NCBI GenBank assembly: GCA_049190665.1
Contig: CM110852.1
Strand: one strand, 5' to 3'
Length of the DNA stretch: 64,000 nt
Origin: Lepidogalaxias salamandroides
Lineage: Eukaryota
Positions 25,872 to 37,860 of this stretch are shown piece by piece (the first letter of the stretch is position 1; the number at the start of each line of letters is the position of its first letter). The notes under the pieces are model-generated. The model saw only the letters and a program-made list of their open reading frames with translations. It had not been told where the DNA came from and did no database searches. The position numbers were made by a program, and so were the translations under genes.

Positions 25872-26140
25872 GTGACACCTACCTGTCATATCGCTAGGGT
25901 TTACTGCTATAGTAACCTATGTTTGTACCCTATGTTTGTCCAGTTTTGTAATTGTGCATATGATGGATATGCAATATCCATAACAGTATTAGTATAGTAC
26001 TTAGTAGTGTAGTACCTGAAGTTTGTAATACTGTAATTTAGTAGTGCATCATCAATATTTGTACTGTCCAAGCTTATATTCAATTAATTTGGCACTGCAA
26101 TTATTTTTCTAGTATCGCTGTCCTCTGCTTCCCCCCTCAG

Positions 26141-26294
26141 GTGAGCTGTAAAATTGCAACAGCACTCTCCAATTACAGCATCATGGCCAACTACAGTTGG
26201 CTGCTGGCCGAGGGACACTACCTGTACAGCCTGGTTAGCGTCTCGCTCTTCTCCCGCCGGAGACACCTGTGGTGGTACATCGTCCTCGGCTGGG
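26141..26294 (+). CDS. sctr: sctr exon 7 (ECL1-TM3: [30 protein letters not shown]..LGWG)
   Basis: [15 protein letters not shown] is near-identical to human SCTR [20 protein letters not shown]. The acceptor is cccccctcag and the donor is GTAGGA. Confidence 0.85.
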
Positions 26295-27021
26295 GTAGGA
26301 CACCTTGTTTAACACTAGCTTGCTCCCCCCTGTAGTGGGTACAACTAGATGGACTGTACTGGTGTTCCATGATGCATTGCTTTCCCTGAGACTCTTTCCT
26401 TGACCTTAACCACACCAAACCCAAATGTAAATTTTTCCATTTCTAACATAACTAAATCTAACCAGAACTCAGCCATCTCTAATATAGTATAATCATACCG
26501 AAACCTAAAGCATTGAACTTGTAATACCTAAATGTTACACTTCATTAGGCTGAGAGAGGGTCATGAATTGTAGCATCATGCTGGTCTCCCCATCCCACCC
26601 GTTGTCACCCATCCGTGCGAGGGCTAAAACATGCGACTACCAGACAGCCGGTAGTCGTTGAAGAGGTCTTTTAGCCTTAGACACTCTTATATATACATCA
26701 CTTATTGAAGAACAACGTATTTTAGCTTTAGCGATGCTCACATGTATACATTACTTATTTGACACTGAAGAACAAAGCCGTATAGCTCCGTACTGGAAAC
26801 TTCACCACCGCTATCTCAGAGTGTGAGAGTGCACCGGTTACAGGGCTTGTCATTGCACTACACTGCATGAACTATATCTGAAAATTGTGTGTGTGTGTGT
26901 CAGGGGCACTGGAATCAGTTCAGATGTGCTGGGGCCTGTCAGCCTCTCTAGTTAAAGCATTGAGTTAGTTGTTTCGCTGTATTGATTTAAAGAATCACCT
27001 ACATTTCAGAATCACCTACAT

Positions 27022-27826
27022 CAGTGGTTCTCAACCTTTTTACACCAAGTACCACCTGAGAAAATAGTTGGTTCTCCAAGTACCACCATATGACCGACAT
27101 TAAAATACAGTCTATTCAGCTATGCACAGTTCACGCAGGAGGCAAATGTATTCCTAATAACATTATTTATTGTTAAAACACACACACACACACACACACA
27201 CAGCAAGTGAGAACTTTAAGAACAGAATAATAACTATCACACACACAGCAAATGAGAACATTGTGAACAAAATAACAACTGTACAGTATTTCATTCAAAC
27301 ACACACGCACACACACAAACACACGCACAACAAGTGGGAACTTTAAGAACAGAATAATAACTATCACACACTCGCGAACGGATTGTTAAGGGGGGGGGGG
27401 TAGCGCTAGAATCGCACTCGCGAACGTAAAATACGATTGACTTGATTTTCAGGCGGGGTCCATAGACCTCCTAAATCCATAGATGTAGGAGGTCCCCTAG
27501 TGGCCGTTAGCTGTAAAAACCCATCATTAGCCGCACCGTTATATAAGCCGCAGGGTCGAAAAATGGTGCACGCGCAACAGGCAGTGTCCGTCAGAAACAG
27601 CGTCACAAACTAAAATGTATTTTGTTTCTAAATTACAAATGTAGAACTTATTTTAAACCCCAATTTCAATTATCTCTTATATCTTATTTTCATTCGTAGT
27701 AGTATTTTGATAGTATTACTGTACATGTTTTATAACAGATTTTATTGGTACTCGGGATCCCTCCGAGTACCACCAGCAGGGGCGCAAGTACCACCAGTGG
27801 TACGAGTACCATAGGTTGAGAACGTG
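27022..27826. mobile_element. Candidate MITE/nonautonomous DNA element in sctr intron 7 with GTTCTCAACC inverted termini
   Basis: The left end is cagtggttctcaacc (27022) and the right end is ggttgagaac (27814-27823). An about 95-bp internal tandem duplication with (CA)n lies at 27180-27375. Confidence 0.3.
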
Positions 27827-28114
27827 TAATATGTTGTCATCTGAACTTAGTATGCATTCATATTTATCATGCCATGACAATGACCATGGTGAATTAGATT
27901 AGATTCATACAATTAAGGAAAATGAACAAAGCAATAAATTAATTTGCAAACATTTAAGATTTGTGGTAAAAAGTAAGCTAGACCTCAAGCGTTAGTAAAT
28001 TACTGTGTGTAGAATAAATCACTGCCTTCATCGTCATACATGATGTCTTTTCAGGGACGGGAAGTCCGGAAGTCAGTCAGAGTTAGATCATATTAAATGC
28101 ATCATATTAAATGC

Positions 28115-28210
28115 TGAAACAATAAAGGGACACTCAAAAGCAGAACTTGCAGGGAGAAGCAGAGTTGCTTCTCCCTGCAAGTTCTGCTTTTGAGTGTCCC
28201 TTTATTGTTT
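28115..28210. repeat. Perfect palindrome, about 45-bp arms
   Basis: aacaataaagggacactcaaaagcagaacttgcagggagaagc|agagtt|gcttctccctgcaagttctgcttttgagtgtccctttattgtt. Confidence 0.9.
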
Positions 28211-28295
28211 CCTTCATTGTCTTTTGTAAATCAATTCATCTCTTTCCTACTACCTACTAGCAATTGATTTATGTCACTACTACTTTATTTTTACT

Positions 28296-28620
28296 TTCAC
28301 TGTAAAATGCCACTAGCGGGCGGCTCAGTGGCTCAACCCACCAACGCGTTGTTAACCACATAGGCGATGAGCCTCGTAGCGACCCAGGTTCGATTCCCAG
28401 CTGCGGTCCTATGCTACATTCTCTCTCTCTTTCAACCCACTTTCCTGTCTCTCTCTCTCTGTTTGGCCGGTTCGCTGAGGAGCCGAACAGGTCTCTCTCT
28501 CCCCCGGGCCGCGGGGTCAGAGAGAGAGAGCGACGGGGGGGCCCAGCTCGGTTGGACCCGTGCCGGCTCCTCGGCGAACCGGCAGACAAACACTCCACAA
28601 TACTATAGGCCTACTATACT
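28296..28620 (+). mobile_element. tRNA-derived SINE-like element (A-box GGCTCAGTGG, B-box GGTTCGATTCC) with internal inverted repeat
   Basis: The tRNA-like head is gcgggcggctcagtggctcaac...gacccaggttcgattcccagc. CT-rich tracts and a stem ggccggttcgctgaggagccg / cggctcctcggcgaaccggc follow. Confidence 0.4.
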
Positions 28621-28643
28621 GATAAAGTGCTTGTGTTGTGCAG

Positions 28644-28704
28644 GTGCTCCGGCAGTGGTGCTGGTGGCCTGGTGTTGCTCCAGGTCTTACTATGAGGACG
28701 AAGG
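28644..28704 (+). CDS. sctr: sctr exon 8 (TM4: GAPAVVLVAWCCSRSYYEDEG)
   Basis: The acceptor is tgtgcag and the donor is GTACGG. The peptide corresponds to SCTR [21 protein letters not shown]. The exon is short and the phase is consistent with its neighbours. Confidence 0.65.
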
Positions 28705-28705
28705 G

Positions 28706-28760
28706 TACGGGATAGATAACCATATAGATCACTAAAAACACCCTCAACCATATGGTTGAG
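28706..28760. repeat. Perfect about 50-bp palindrome centred on CATATG, immediately 3' of sctr exon 8
   Basis: agatcactaaaaacaccctcaaccatatggttgagggtgtttttagtgatct. Confidence 0.9.
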
Positions 28761-28971
28761 GGTGTTTTTAGTGATCTAATTTCACCTTGAGTTAAAAGTG
28801 AATCAATTGAATGTAAATGTTAGTTCGAAATACATGTGGAGCGGATATGAACGGATATGTCTATACGTGTGGCTGCTAGCATGTGATGCTAATAGATCTT
28901 GGGTTCTTTGATGTATGACTAGTACAGTCAGTGTGTGTGCATGTATGTTAAATTAAGCATGCCTGTGTACA

Positions 28972-29004
<33 letters not shown>

Positions 29005-29119
29005 CCTGACTCTGAATTGGCAACCAAAAATAGTTGGATAATCATTGGAACCACAAGAGCCTTTACAACTGTGCCCAGTTTGTTGATACCATGTATTTTA
29101 GGGCAAAAACTATGCAGTT

Positions 29120-29790
29120 TTGTATAACGATGTGATTTCCATAACTCCATAATCCATAATTAGAGGAAAACTCATATGTTTTCCCCTAATATTTCTAAAT
29201 AATGTGGTCCTAAGCAGTAGGAATTGCATAAATTGGGTGTGTTGATAAAGTTGATAAAGTTGTGAATCCAAAGGCCCTAATTGGATTCATGTGTAAGTGC
29301 TCATTGTAATCCAGTTTCAAAATTGTTAGAAAATGGATGATATTGATATTGTAGCATAGGTTGCTACCAGGTACCAGGTAGGTAGTAAGAGGCTGTAATT
29401 AGTCTTTATCACAGCTAAACTACACCTTTGAAAGGATTAGGCCATCAAGAACAAACATTTCTAGTAGTGCTGAAGATGTTGAAAAGACACATATTTTCAG
29501 CATCTCCCAATCACAAAATATTTGTCCATTGGCACTCAAATGTATGGCTGTGTCAAATAACAGCTCAGAAAATCCCCTTCAATGTACCTAGACGTACACT
29601 CTGAATGCCCCAAGTCAGTTTCTGGTATAAAGTTTTGTGAGGCTGTTGTGCTGACTATTCACATTACACATGAATGCAATTAGGGCCTTTGGATTCACAA
29701 GTTTATTATTAATGTCTATTATTTAGACATATTAGGGGAAAACTTATGGAAGTCACATCTCTATACAAATTATTAGTCTAACAAAACAAA
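29120..29790. mobile_element. Foldback-type element with about 150-bp terminal inverted repeats
   Basis: 29140-29295 (..gaggaaaactcatatgttttcccctaatatttctaaataatg..tgaatccaaaggccctaattggattcatgtgtaa) is mirrored by 29666-29770 in reverse complement. Confidence 0.5.
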
Positions 29791-30269
29791 TTGACATGGA
29801 GGCTAGCTTGCTGTAACCAACATCGCTGGGTTATTCGGCTAAACTGGTTACTGCAGACGACACGTCGCAGTAACACTTCTCCCGTAGCTTCTCACGCCCA
29901 TTTTCTGGCGAGAGGGGTGACGACGCGAGTGTCACGCTTCTTCTCTAACGTCATCGGTCATGGCAAGGTATGCAATGATCGACACGATTGGCTGCTTAGC
30001 AAAGCATTGTCAGCTTTCAACCTGCGCGCCCATAAGCGCGCAGGTTGAGTGCACCTCTGATACGTACGCCTGTGTTCTCCATCATCACAATACAAATTGA
30101 AGGATTTGACGTCAGCTGACACGTCAGTTATCCACTACTAACGCCCCCCCCCCCCCCCCATATGTGTGTGCCTATGTGTGTGTGTGAGCCGTGTGCATGT
30201 CTGTGTGTGTGTGTGTGTGAGTGAGAATTTGTGTGTGTGAATAACAGTGTGTTCTCTGTGACCCTGAAG

Positions 30270-30339
30270 GTGCTGGGAGACCAGGAGGGTGGAGTGGATC
30301 TGGTGGATCCTAAGAGCGCCGGTTCTGCTTTTCATCATA
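30270..30339 (+). CDS. sctr: sctr exon 9 (TM5: CWETRRVEWIWWILRAPVLLFII)
   Basis: The peptide corresponds to SCTR [24 protein letters not shown]. The acceptor is ctgaag and the donor is GTCAGT. Confidence 0.65.
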
Positions 30340-30477
30340 GTCAGTGCCACTTTGACCTCACTGACGTACAACAATTGAATTGAATTGGTTGGGTGATGAG
30401 TTTGCAACCCTGGTTATGTTAAACATGCAATCAACCAAAACACTTTTAAAGAGAATAAATCTATTTGTGTTTTACAG

Positions 30478-30569
30478 GTGAACTTGTTGTTTTTCCTCTG
30501 CATAATGAGAATACTGGTGGCGAAACTAAGAACACAAGACATGCCCGGTAATGAGTTCAACCATTACAG
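30478..30569 (+). CDS. sctr: sctr exon 10 (VNLLFFLCIMRILVAKLRTQDMPGNEFNHYR)
   Basis: The peptide matches SCTR [31 protein letters not shown]. The acceptor is tttacag and the donor is GTGAGT. Confidence 0.85.
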
Positions 30570-30593
30570 GTGAGTTTCATTAGGCAAGATTAA

Positions 30594-30725
30594 CCATGAC
30601 TGATTATGCAAATACTATTTAATATTTAGTGATTCAACAGACAGGTCGCTTGCGGATATTGGGGATCGAACACAATACCTTTTGGCTGGGAGTCTAACAC
30701 CCTAGAAACTACACATTTACTTCCC
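30594..30725 (-). mobile_element. SINE fragment (tRNA-like head in reverse complement)
   Basis: It shares ggatcgaac...ttggctgggagtc..aacaccct with the copies at 36060-36135 and 39905-39965. Confidence 0.35.
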
Positions 30726-30805
30726 CTTGCATGTAGCTCATTGACGTCTGTGGTATCATCATTTTAGAGCAACATATTCTCTTGTCTTTTTCTTTATGAC
30801 CCCAG

Positions 30806-30944
30806 GAAGCTTGCCAAGTCCTCGTTCCTGCTGATCTCCCTGTTTGGTCTTCACTACATACTCTTCGCCTTCGTGCCGGATAAAGTCAACAACACGTCGG
30901 TTGAAATATGGAACTTTATTGAGCTAGCCTTCGCGTCGACTCAG
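30806..30944 (+). CDS. sctr: sctr exon 11 (TM6: KLAKSSFLLISLFGLHYILFAFVPD..ELAFASTQ)
   Basis: The peptide matches SCTR [34 protein letters not shown]. The acceptor is ccccag and the donor is GTACAC. Confidence 0.85.
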
Positions 30945-31068
30945 GTACACTTCACCTAATTTATACAATACTGTCACAAATAGTAACCTAACAGTAAATT
31001 GTTTCCCTGGAAATATTTGTTCCACAGATGACCGAGTTAATGTCATGATGATGTGTTTGATGTTGCAG

Positions 31069-31110
31069 GGGTTCGTGGTGGCCATTTTGTACTGTTTTCT
31101 AAATGGAGAG
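31069..31110 (+). CDS. sctr: sctr exon 12 (TM7: [14 protein letters not shown])
   Basis: The peptide is near-identical to SCTR [14 protein letters not shown]. The acceptor is gttgcag and the donor is GTAAGA. Confidence 0.85.
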
Positions 31111-31169
31111 GTAAGAATTTTAGATCTTCAAAAAATAGTCTGAAATGAAGTATACAAAAGAACACATTA

Positions 31170-31187
31170 GTGAATGATTAAAAAAAA

Positions 31188-31245
<58 letters not shown>

Positions 31246-31270
31246 ATATATATATATTATATATATATAA
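31170..31270. repeat. (TA)n microsatellite
   Basis: Visible dinucleotide run. Confidence 0.95.
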
Positions 31271-31595
31271 AAAATATATATACAGTACATACATGTATTG
31301 TGAATTCCACACAAAACATTACTAACTTTTCCAACACTGTCCACCTCTATCTACGTTTGTCCTCTCCTCCGTCTCCCTCCTCATCCATCCTGTCACCTCT
31401 CTCACTCCTCCCCCTTCTCCTTCTCACACACCTCCCCCCTCCTCTCCCCTCTTCCACCCTCCCTGCACCTCCTCCCCCCCTCCTCTTCCATCCTCCCTTG
31501 CCCTCTCTTCCCTTTCCTCTCCCCTCCCCTCTCTCTTCTTCCATCCTCTCCTTCCCCCCCCCCCCCCCCCCCCCTCCTCTCCTCCTCCCCTCCAG

Positions 31596-31763
31596 GTGCA
31601 GAATGAGATGCAGCGGAGGTGGGGGAGGTGGAGGCTCATGCAGGGCCTCCAGGCTCAGGCCCAGAGGCAGCGGGGGTCTGTGAGTCACAGTGGGGGGGCC
31701 ACCACCAACGTCTCCCTGTTGCACCGGGGGCCTGCCACGCCCCCGCCCAGCCTGGAGAAGTGA
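31596..31763 (+). CDS. sctr: sctr exon 13 (C-tail: VQNEMQRRWGRW.. to TGA stop at 31761-31763)
   Basis: The peptide matches SCTR VQLEVQKKWQQW. A long CT-rich polypyrimidine tract with an AG acceptor precedes it. The 13 exons sum to 1344 nt, giving 447 aa (human SCTR is 440 aa). Confidence 0.8.
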   Translation: MQNEMQRRWGRWRLMQGLQAQAQRQRGSVSHSGGATTNVSLLHRGPATPPPSLEK

Positions 31764-31821
31764 TGGGCAAACACACACACACATGCTCTCTCTCTCACAC
31801 ACACACACACAAACGCTCACA

Positions 31822-31854
<33 letters not shown>

Positions 31855-33070
31855 AAACGTCCATCTCTGCAGAGGTACGGGCGTAGTGTTGTTTTTGACA
31901 GCCAGACATGAGGATAAAATGAACACATGTGCATGTGTCCGTGAGTCATGACGTGGATCTTCGCAAACACGCTGTATGGAGAACTCACCCGTAAATCCAG
32001 CTTCACCAGGACACTTTGTCCTGGTGAAGGGGGTTTAAGAACAACCGTCGACAAATACACACACTCAGGTCAGATCAGGAACACAGAGGATGGGGATGTT
32101 TGTGTTTGCTCACATTATAATATCCAAAGTGCACATATGCATGAACAGAAGTGTAACATATATGCATGTACAACACATGTAGGCCTACATACAAACACAC
32201 TTGGGTGTCTTATACACATTTATATATGAAGTCAGTTATTAATACAACTCAATAGTTCAATTGTCAATTATTTTTAAATCACTCACAGTTTTGCCATCTA
32301 TTTTACAAATATGCAATGTTACTTGTTAAATAATGAATATTATGGATTGTTTTATTGTGGTTAACAGTTAACGGATATGGTTGCAAATTGGAAATTGTGT
32401 ATCTCAACTTGGTGAGCAGTAGGCCTACTACTTCACCTGCTTTCACTTAAAATTGCTACTTCACACTAGGCCACCTTGGTGAATTTGCCATCTCCACGTC
32501 AACCATGTTTGGAGTTTGAAAGAAATATGTTGTCACTTATCTAAAAGTCTCCGCCATTATGGTTTTGTCTCTTAATGAATGGTTTCAAATAATGATTTCA
32601 CTTCATGGGAAAGAGTTACCCGAGTTATCTTCATAAACTGAAGATACGAGTCTGGAAGTGTCTGGAATACATTTACAATGTTCTTTATATAAATTTAAGA
32701 AAATGTAATCTGTAGATCGAAACAACGTTGGTTGCTAGCTTTTAAAACGATACAGCTTTTATTTACCCAGGGTGGTGCTTAACATTTACCCAGGGTCATG
32801 TAACGGATGACCTGCCAACCCATTGAGGAAAGAAGAAGAAACTGGTACCAGAGTGTTAAAGTGAAATCATGTAACCTAGATGTAAATCCCCAGGGCAGAA
32901 ACACAAACACAGCCATGCAATGAAATACCCATAATAATTGGGTATTTCATTAGCACACACACTTTAAAACAAAAACACACTTCTGGTATAGGCTATGTTT
33001 TGCGGTTTCCGTTGTGTAGGCCTGTTAAAATGCCAGGTTTTTGTGACAAATCATTTGAGAACTTTTTCCA

Positions 33071-33987
<917 letters not shown>

Positions 33988-34293
33988 ACACACACACACA
34001 CACACACACAGTAAGTACAACAACTTTTTGTTAAGAAGTCTGCCTTTATATTATTACAGGTGGTCCACGACTGTACGACAAGATGCAAAAGCCCTTCCGT
34101 TACAATATTCAGTCTAGTAGTCTAATCTGTTATTCTCTCCGCCTCCTCGACATCTCTAGCGGCTTTTCTGCTGGTCATTTTGGCGTTCACATGCAGTGCG
34201 GCGGTGCACCAGCAGGTGTTCTTTCTTCAGGGTTTAAGGCATTTCGAGGAGGGCAGAGTGCAACTAGGCGTGGTCCAGTCGGTCCGTGCTCAA

Positions 34294-34379
34294 TGCTTCA
34301 CATTAGTTAGTTCCATACTTAGCCTTCAGCTCCTCCACCTTAGCAATGTATTCAGTCATGGCGTCATCCTGGCTCTTTC
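34294..34379 (-). CDS. dbi: Acyl-CoA-binding protein (DBI/ACBP) exon 4 (G KSQDDAMTEYIAKVEELKAKYGTN*)
   Basis: The peptide matches human DBI [23 protein letters not shown]. The acceptor is ctgaacag after a T-rich tract. The stop TAA is RC of 34294-34296. Confidence 0.8.
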
Positions 34380-34589
34380 CTGTTCAGCAACCAGGATAAA
34401 TAAATAATTAAACCATAAGCCAGGACAGTCCAAAAGGTAAAATAAATAAAATAATTGGTGTTGAATGTATTTGCACACAGGGAGCGAGGGAAAGAGGAAA
34501 TGGAGTTGTTAATGTTGCGCAAATGTCGATAGGAGCGTTGGGTTCAATGTTTGAGCCATAAAACGTTAGAGTGGCTCCATCACGCCACC

Positions 34590-34790
34590 TCATGCGTCAC
34601 GCCTGGACCTTAGAAACGGGTATGGGAGACGATTTTTAAAATTAGATATTTGATGTGGAAAATTGAATTTAAATTAGACAAACCCTGCCAGGAACATTTC
34701 ATAGAGATTCAGATTGAAATCAAAACTTTTTAAATTTAGCTCCGTTGACTCCCATACAATGCTTTCCATTTCTAAGGTCCAGGCGTGACT
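34590..34790. mobile_element. Small MITE-like element with about 35-bp terminal inverted repeats
   Basis: cgtcacgcctggaccttagaaacgggtatgggag (34597-34630) versus ctcccatacaatgctttccatttctaaggtccaggcgtgac (34750-34790). Confidence 0.45.
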
Positions 34791-34905
34791 CTATATATTG
34801 TGATTAGAAGCTAGGGCGAACACAGCAGCTACAACATCTGAACAAGGATAGACTCACACACCAAACAAATACACAAACACACCTATAAATCAACAAAGCA
34901 TTTAC

Positions 34906-34968
34906 CCTTCTCTCCATCCCATGCGTTCCACTTGGCTTTTCCAGTGAAGTCAAACATGCCAGGGAAAG
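34906..34968 (-). CDS. dbi: DBI/ACBP exon 3 ([21 protein letters not shown].)
   Basis: The peptide matches human [22 protein letters not shown]. The acceptor is ctctccag and the donor is GTAAAT. The phase fits. Confidence 0.85.
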
Positions 34969-35799
34969 CTGGAGAGAGACACACATGTGTATAGATACAT
35001 TTACCAAATAAAATCATTCAGTTCAGTTCAGGCAGCGAAAAGACAAGGCTGCCCCATATGGGGATAAAGAGCACTACAAGGTTTTGGCCCTAGAGTTTAT
35101 TCCATTGTGGTTCCTGGGCTGAAAACTGAGACCCAGGGGTGCAACATTTACAGAATATTCAAAAGGTGGACATTTTCATGAGAACAACCTGGATATTTAT
35201 TTTCTCTTGCTGCATTTACCTTCATATACGTATAGTCATAAGCAGACATGAGAATGCATGCAAACATTTCCAATAGGAAACCATGAATGCACAGTAAACA
35301 CAGTATAAGGCTGTACTGTATTCCATTTAAGCCTTGTGCCGATAGTAATCTGAGCATATTATGGAAGAATGTTATCAATGCCCATTCATTTGGGCAGTGT
35401 ACTGTTAACCAATAAACTGCTGCAAGATCTAGATACCATTTTGCATGCATTGTCCATAAAGTAGGCCTAGTTGATTCAGACAACTACAAACAAACATTGC
35501 ACTGTTGAAAGTAAAATGTTTGCACATTCAACAGTACATAAAGTCATTGATCATAGTACAAAATGTTAAACTGGTCCAGTATTACACTGGAGAGCAAATG
35601 AAACAAATGAGAGTAAATCAAATGAAAACATAATTCACCCATTGTCACCTCCTGTACTGAAGTATGCATGGGTAAAATAATAACCATGCTGGATTCACGC
35701 TCTACTTCCTCTCTAATCGTGTGTGTGTGTGTATGGAGATCTAATAGTATGTGTAGTGATAACGTGAGGGGAAGGAGGCTGCCACTGTTGCAGTCGTAC

Positions 35800-35917
35800 C
35801 CGTGCTGTTGTCACCCATGGTTGCCTGCTTGAAGAGGGCGTAGATCTTCAGCATCTCTGCATCATCCGGTTTGACCTTCAGCTGCTTCACCTCGGTGGCA
35901 GCAGCATCAAACTTAGC
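35800..35917 (-). CDS. dbi: DBI/ACBP exon 2 ([39 protein letters not shown])
   Basis: ORF 35741..35926 (minus) matches human [39 protein letters not shown], with the same exon boundaries. The acceptor is ttgtttcag and the donor is GTACGA. Confidence 0.9.
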
Positions 35918-35936
35918 CTGAAACAACAGAGAGGAA

Positions 35937-36135
35937 AATATACCAACTTTGTACTATTATTTATAGTTAATCCAGAGCAACTTACAGTGAATTTAAGGAG
36001 CAGGTAGGGGTTAAGCATCTTGCTCAAGGATGCCTACAGATTAGGCTGCGGACATTGGGGTTATTAGGGGATCATCCTAATTAGGACATTAGGAACCCGG
36101 TACCTTTCAGGTGGGAGTCAAACACTAGTGTGTGT
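35937..36135 (-). mobile_element. tRNA-derived SINE with SmaI/HpaI-like conserved tail (minus orientation) in dbi intron 1
   Basis: The tail ccagagcaacttacagtgaat is RC of the SINE tail core. The tRNA-like head RC is ..cggtacctttcaggtgggagtcaaacac. Confidence 0.5.
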
Positions 36136-36705
36136 GTGTGTTATACATTTGGTTATAGCCAAACGTACTGTATAACACCTTATGTTTGGTCTGGGACTAC
36201 AAACTAACTTTGGAGGCAAATACAACAATTTGTTCCATCGCGACAAGACCACTCGAGGTGACAACGTCCAGCTGTGTTTACAGTACTTGGGGCACAAAGA
36301 GGCCAGTGATGAGCTCAGAGTCTTTGGCAAATCAGAGCTTGTGGTTGGTTGGTAAAACCACTGCCAACTAGGGCAGAGAGGAAGGGAGAAGACGAACAAG
36401 CAGAATTCAAATTAAAATGTGGCAATCAAGCAAGGGAAGAACTATCTGCCTACATTGTATAACTTGACTTTATTGAGATCTCATCTTAATGATCACCCAG
36501 CAGGCAAACTATAAGGACTGTTTCTGAATAAAAGCACACAAAACATGAATCTATAACTCTATGAATCTATAATGTATGACACAAAATCTAAACATTTTGC
36601 ACTTTCCAGGAAATGCAATCTGCATTGTTAGGAGGAAACTACTAGGATCCAAAAAGTATTGTGCTACTGGTTTTAACTCCTGTAACAAGTGCTAACTCCT
36701 ATTCG

Positions 36706-37090
36706 ATTCACTGTAACCTACTGGGGTTTAGCAGTTAGATTCACTGTAACCTACTGGGGTTTAGCAGTTAGATTCACTGTAACCTACTGGGGTTTAGCAG
36801 TTAGATTCACTGTAACCTACTGGGGTTTAGCAGTTAGATTCACTGTAACCTACTGGGGTTTAGCAGTTAGATTCACTGTAACCTACTGGGGTTTAGCAGT
36901 TAGATTCACTCTAATCTACTGGGGTTTAGCAGTTAGATTCACTCTAACCTACTGGGGTTTAGCAGTTAGATTCACTCTAACCTACTGGGGTTTAGCAGTT
37001 AGATTCACTATAATCTACTGGGGTTTAGCAGTTAGATTCACTCTAACCTACTGGGGTTTAGCAGTTAGATTCACTCTAATCTACTGGGGT
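36706..37090. repeat. 33-bp minisatellite, about 12 copies (gattcactgtaacctactggggtttagcagtta)
   Basis: Tandem near-identical units. It yields the spurious ORF 36689..37255 with repeated RFTVTYWGLAV. Confidence 0.95.
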
Positions 37091-37626
37091 TTCCTGCTAA
37101 GTTACTTCTGGGCAAAGGCCGCTGACAACAAAGGCGCAGATCAAGTTGCAGACTTCTCTTATATATTACTGCTGTCAGCCAACAACATCAATATGAATTC
37201 GCTGTGTGTCAAACATGCTTCTGTTCATTCGTTTTCAATGCAAAATGAACCATGACTGAACAATACGTGAAATGTTAGAGGTGTGAGGCTGAGACCGTTA
37301 ACCGAGCTGAAGGACGAGATCTCAAACAACACAAATGAACGGCGAAACAATGCATGTTTTGTGCTATTGTCAGAATGAAACCCCGCCCTAAAACGTGCCA
37401 GCCTTGTAATGAGTCTCACACACACACACGCGCACACACACACACACACACACACACAGTATATGTTGAACCGGAACACTTGACCGCTACAGTGAAACCT
37501 CTTGATATACTCTCTAGAGACCAGGCCGCACCGCGGAGGGACGCCACACAAAATAACGGCGACAGTGTGTTGTCAATAAATACTAACAGTCGCTATTAAT
37601 ATTTGTATTATTAATATGATACACAC

Positions 37627-37641
37627 CTTAAGATCAGCCAT
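37627..37641 (-). CDS. dbi: Putative DBI exon 1 (MADLK) - speculative
   Basis: RC reads gcaATGGCTGATCTTAAG|gtgtgt: a good Kozak, a strong donor, and phase 0 compatible with exon 2. It lies about 100-200 bp downstream (minus sense) of a CCAAT-rich tract. Confidence 0.3.
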
Positions 37642-37759
37642 TGCAAAACTGTTTGAAATGAGGACCACTGCACTACTACAAAGGCAGACCGCTAGTGTGA
37701 ATAATCGGACTTTCTGCAGCTTCTTATGGATGCCTTAGTATGAGAACGCCCGGGAACGA

Positions 37760-37860
37760 GGCGACGCTATTGGTGGGTTGGGAGGTTGCCTTGAAGGCTG
37801 GCGTCCCATTGGTTGTGGCGAGAGCAGCAACCAATCAAATCTCGGGGTTTGGAAACGCGA
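37760..37860. promoter_or_regulatory. CCAAT-box-rich putative bidirectional promoter between dbi (minus) and the C2orf76-like gene (plus)
   Basis: Three CCAAT/ATTGG boxes are present: gctattggtggg, cccattggttg and caaccaatcaaatc. The tract is GC-rich and lies between two divergently oriented genes. Confidence 0.35.

Noticed and set aside
28296-28400. Possible functional tRNA gene (A and B boxes present)
   Set aside because: The sequence between the boxes does not fold as a canonical cloverleaf by eye. It is followed by SINE-like CT-rich body and an inverted repeat, so it is more likely a tRNA-derived SINE head.
25701-31763. Initial identification of the GPCR as a parathyroid hormone receptor (RLHCTRN motif)
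   Set aside because: TM3, TM6, TM7 and the tail match secretin receptor far better ([14 protein letters not shown]..GNE.., [12 protein letters not shown]..W). The neighbouring dbi, c2orf76 and steap3 genes match the human SCTR neighbourhood.
31347-32060. Long ORFs (237 aa minus; 169 aa plus) rich in G/R/E or P/S/L
   Set aside because: They translate CT/GA-rich low-complexity and (CA)n sequence, with overlapping ORFs in several frames. They are not genes.
36689-37255. 188-aa ORF with repeated RFTVTYWGLAV
   Set aside because: It is an artefact of the 33-bp minisatellite being read in frame.
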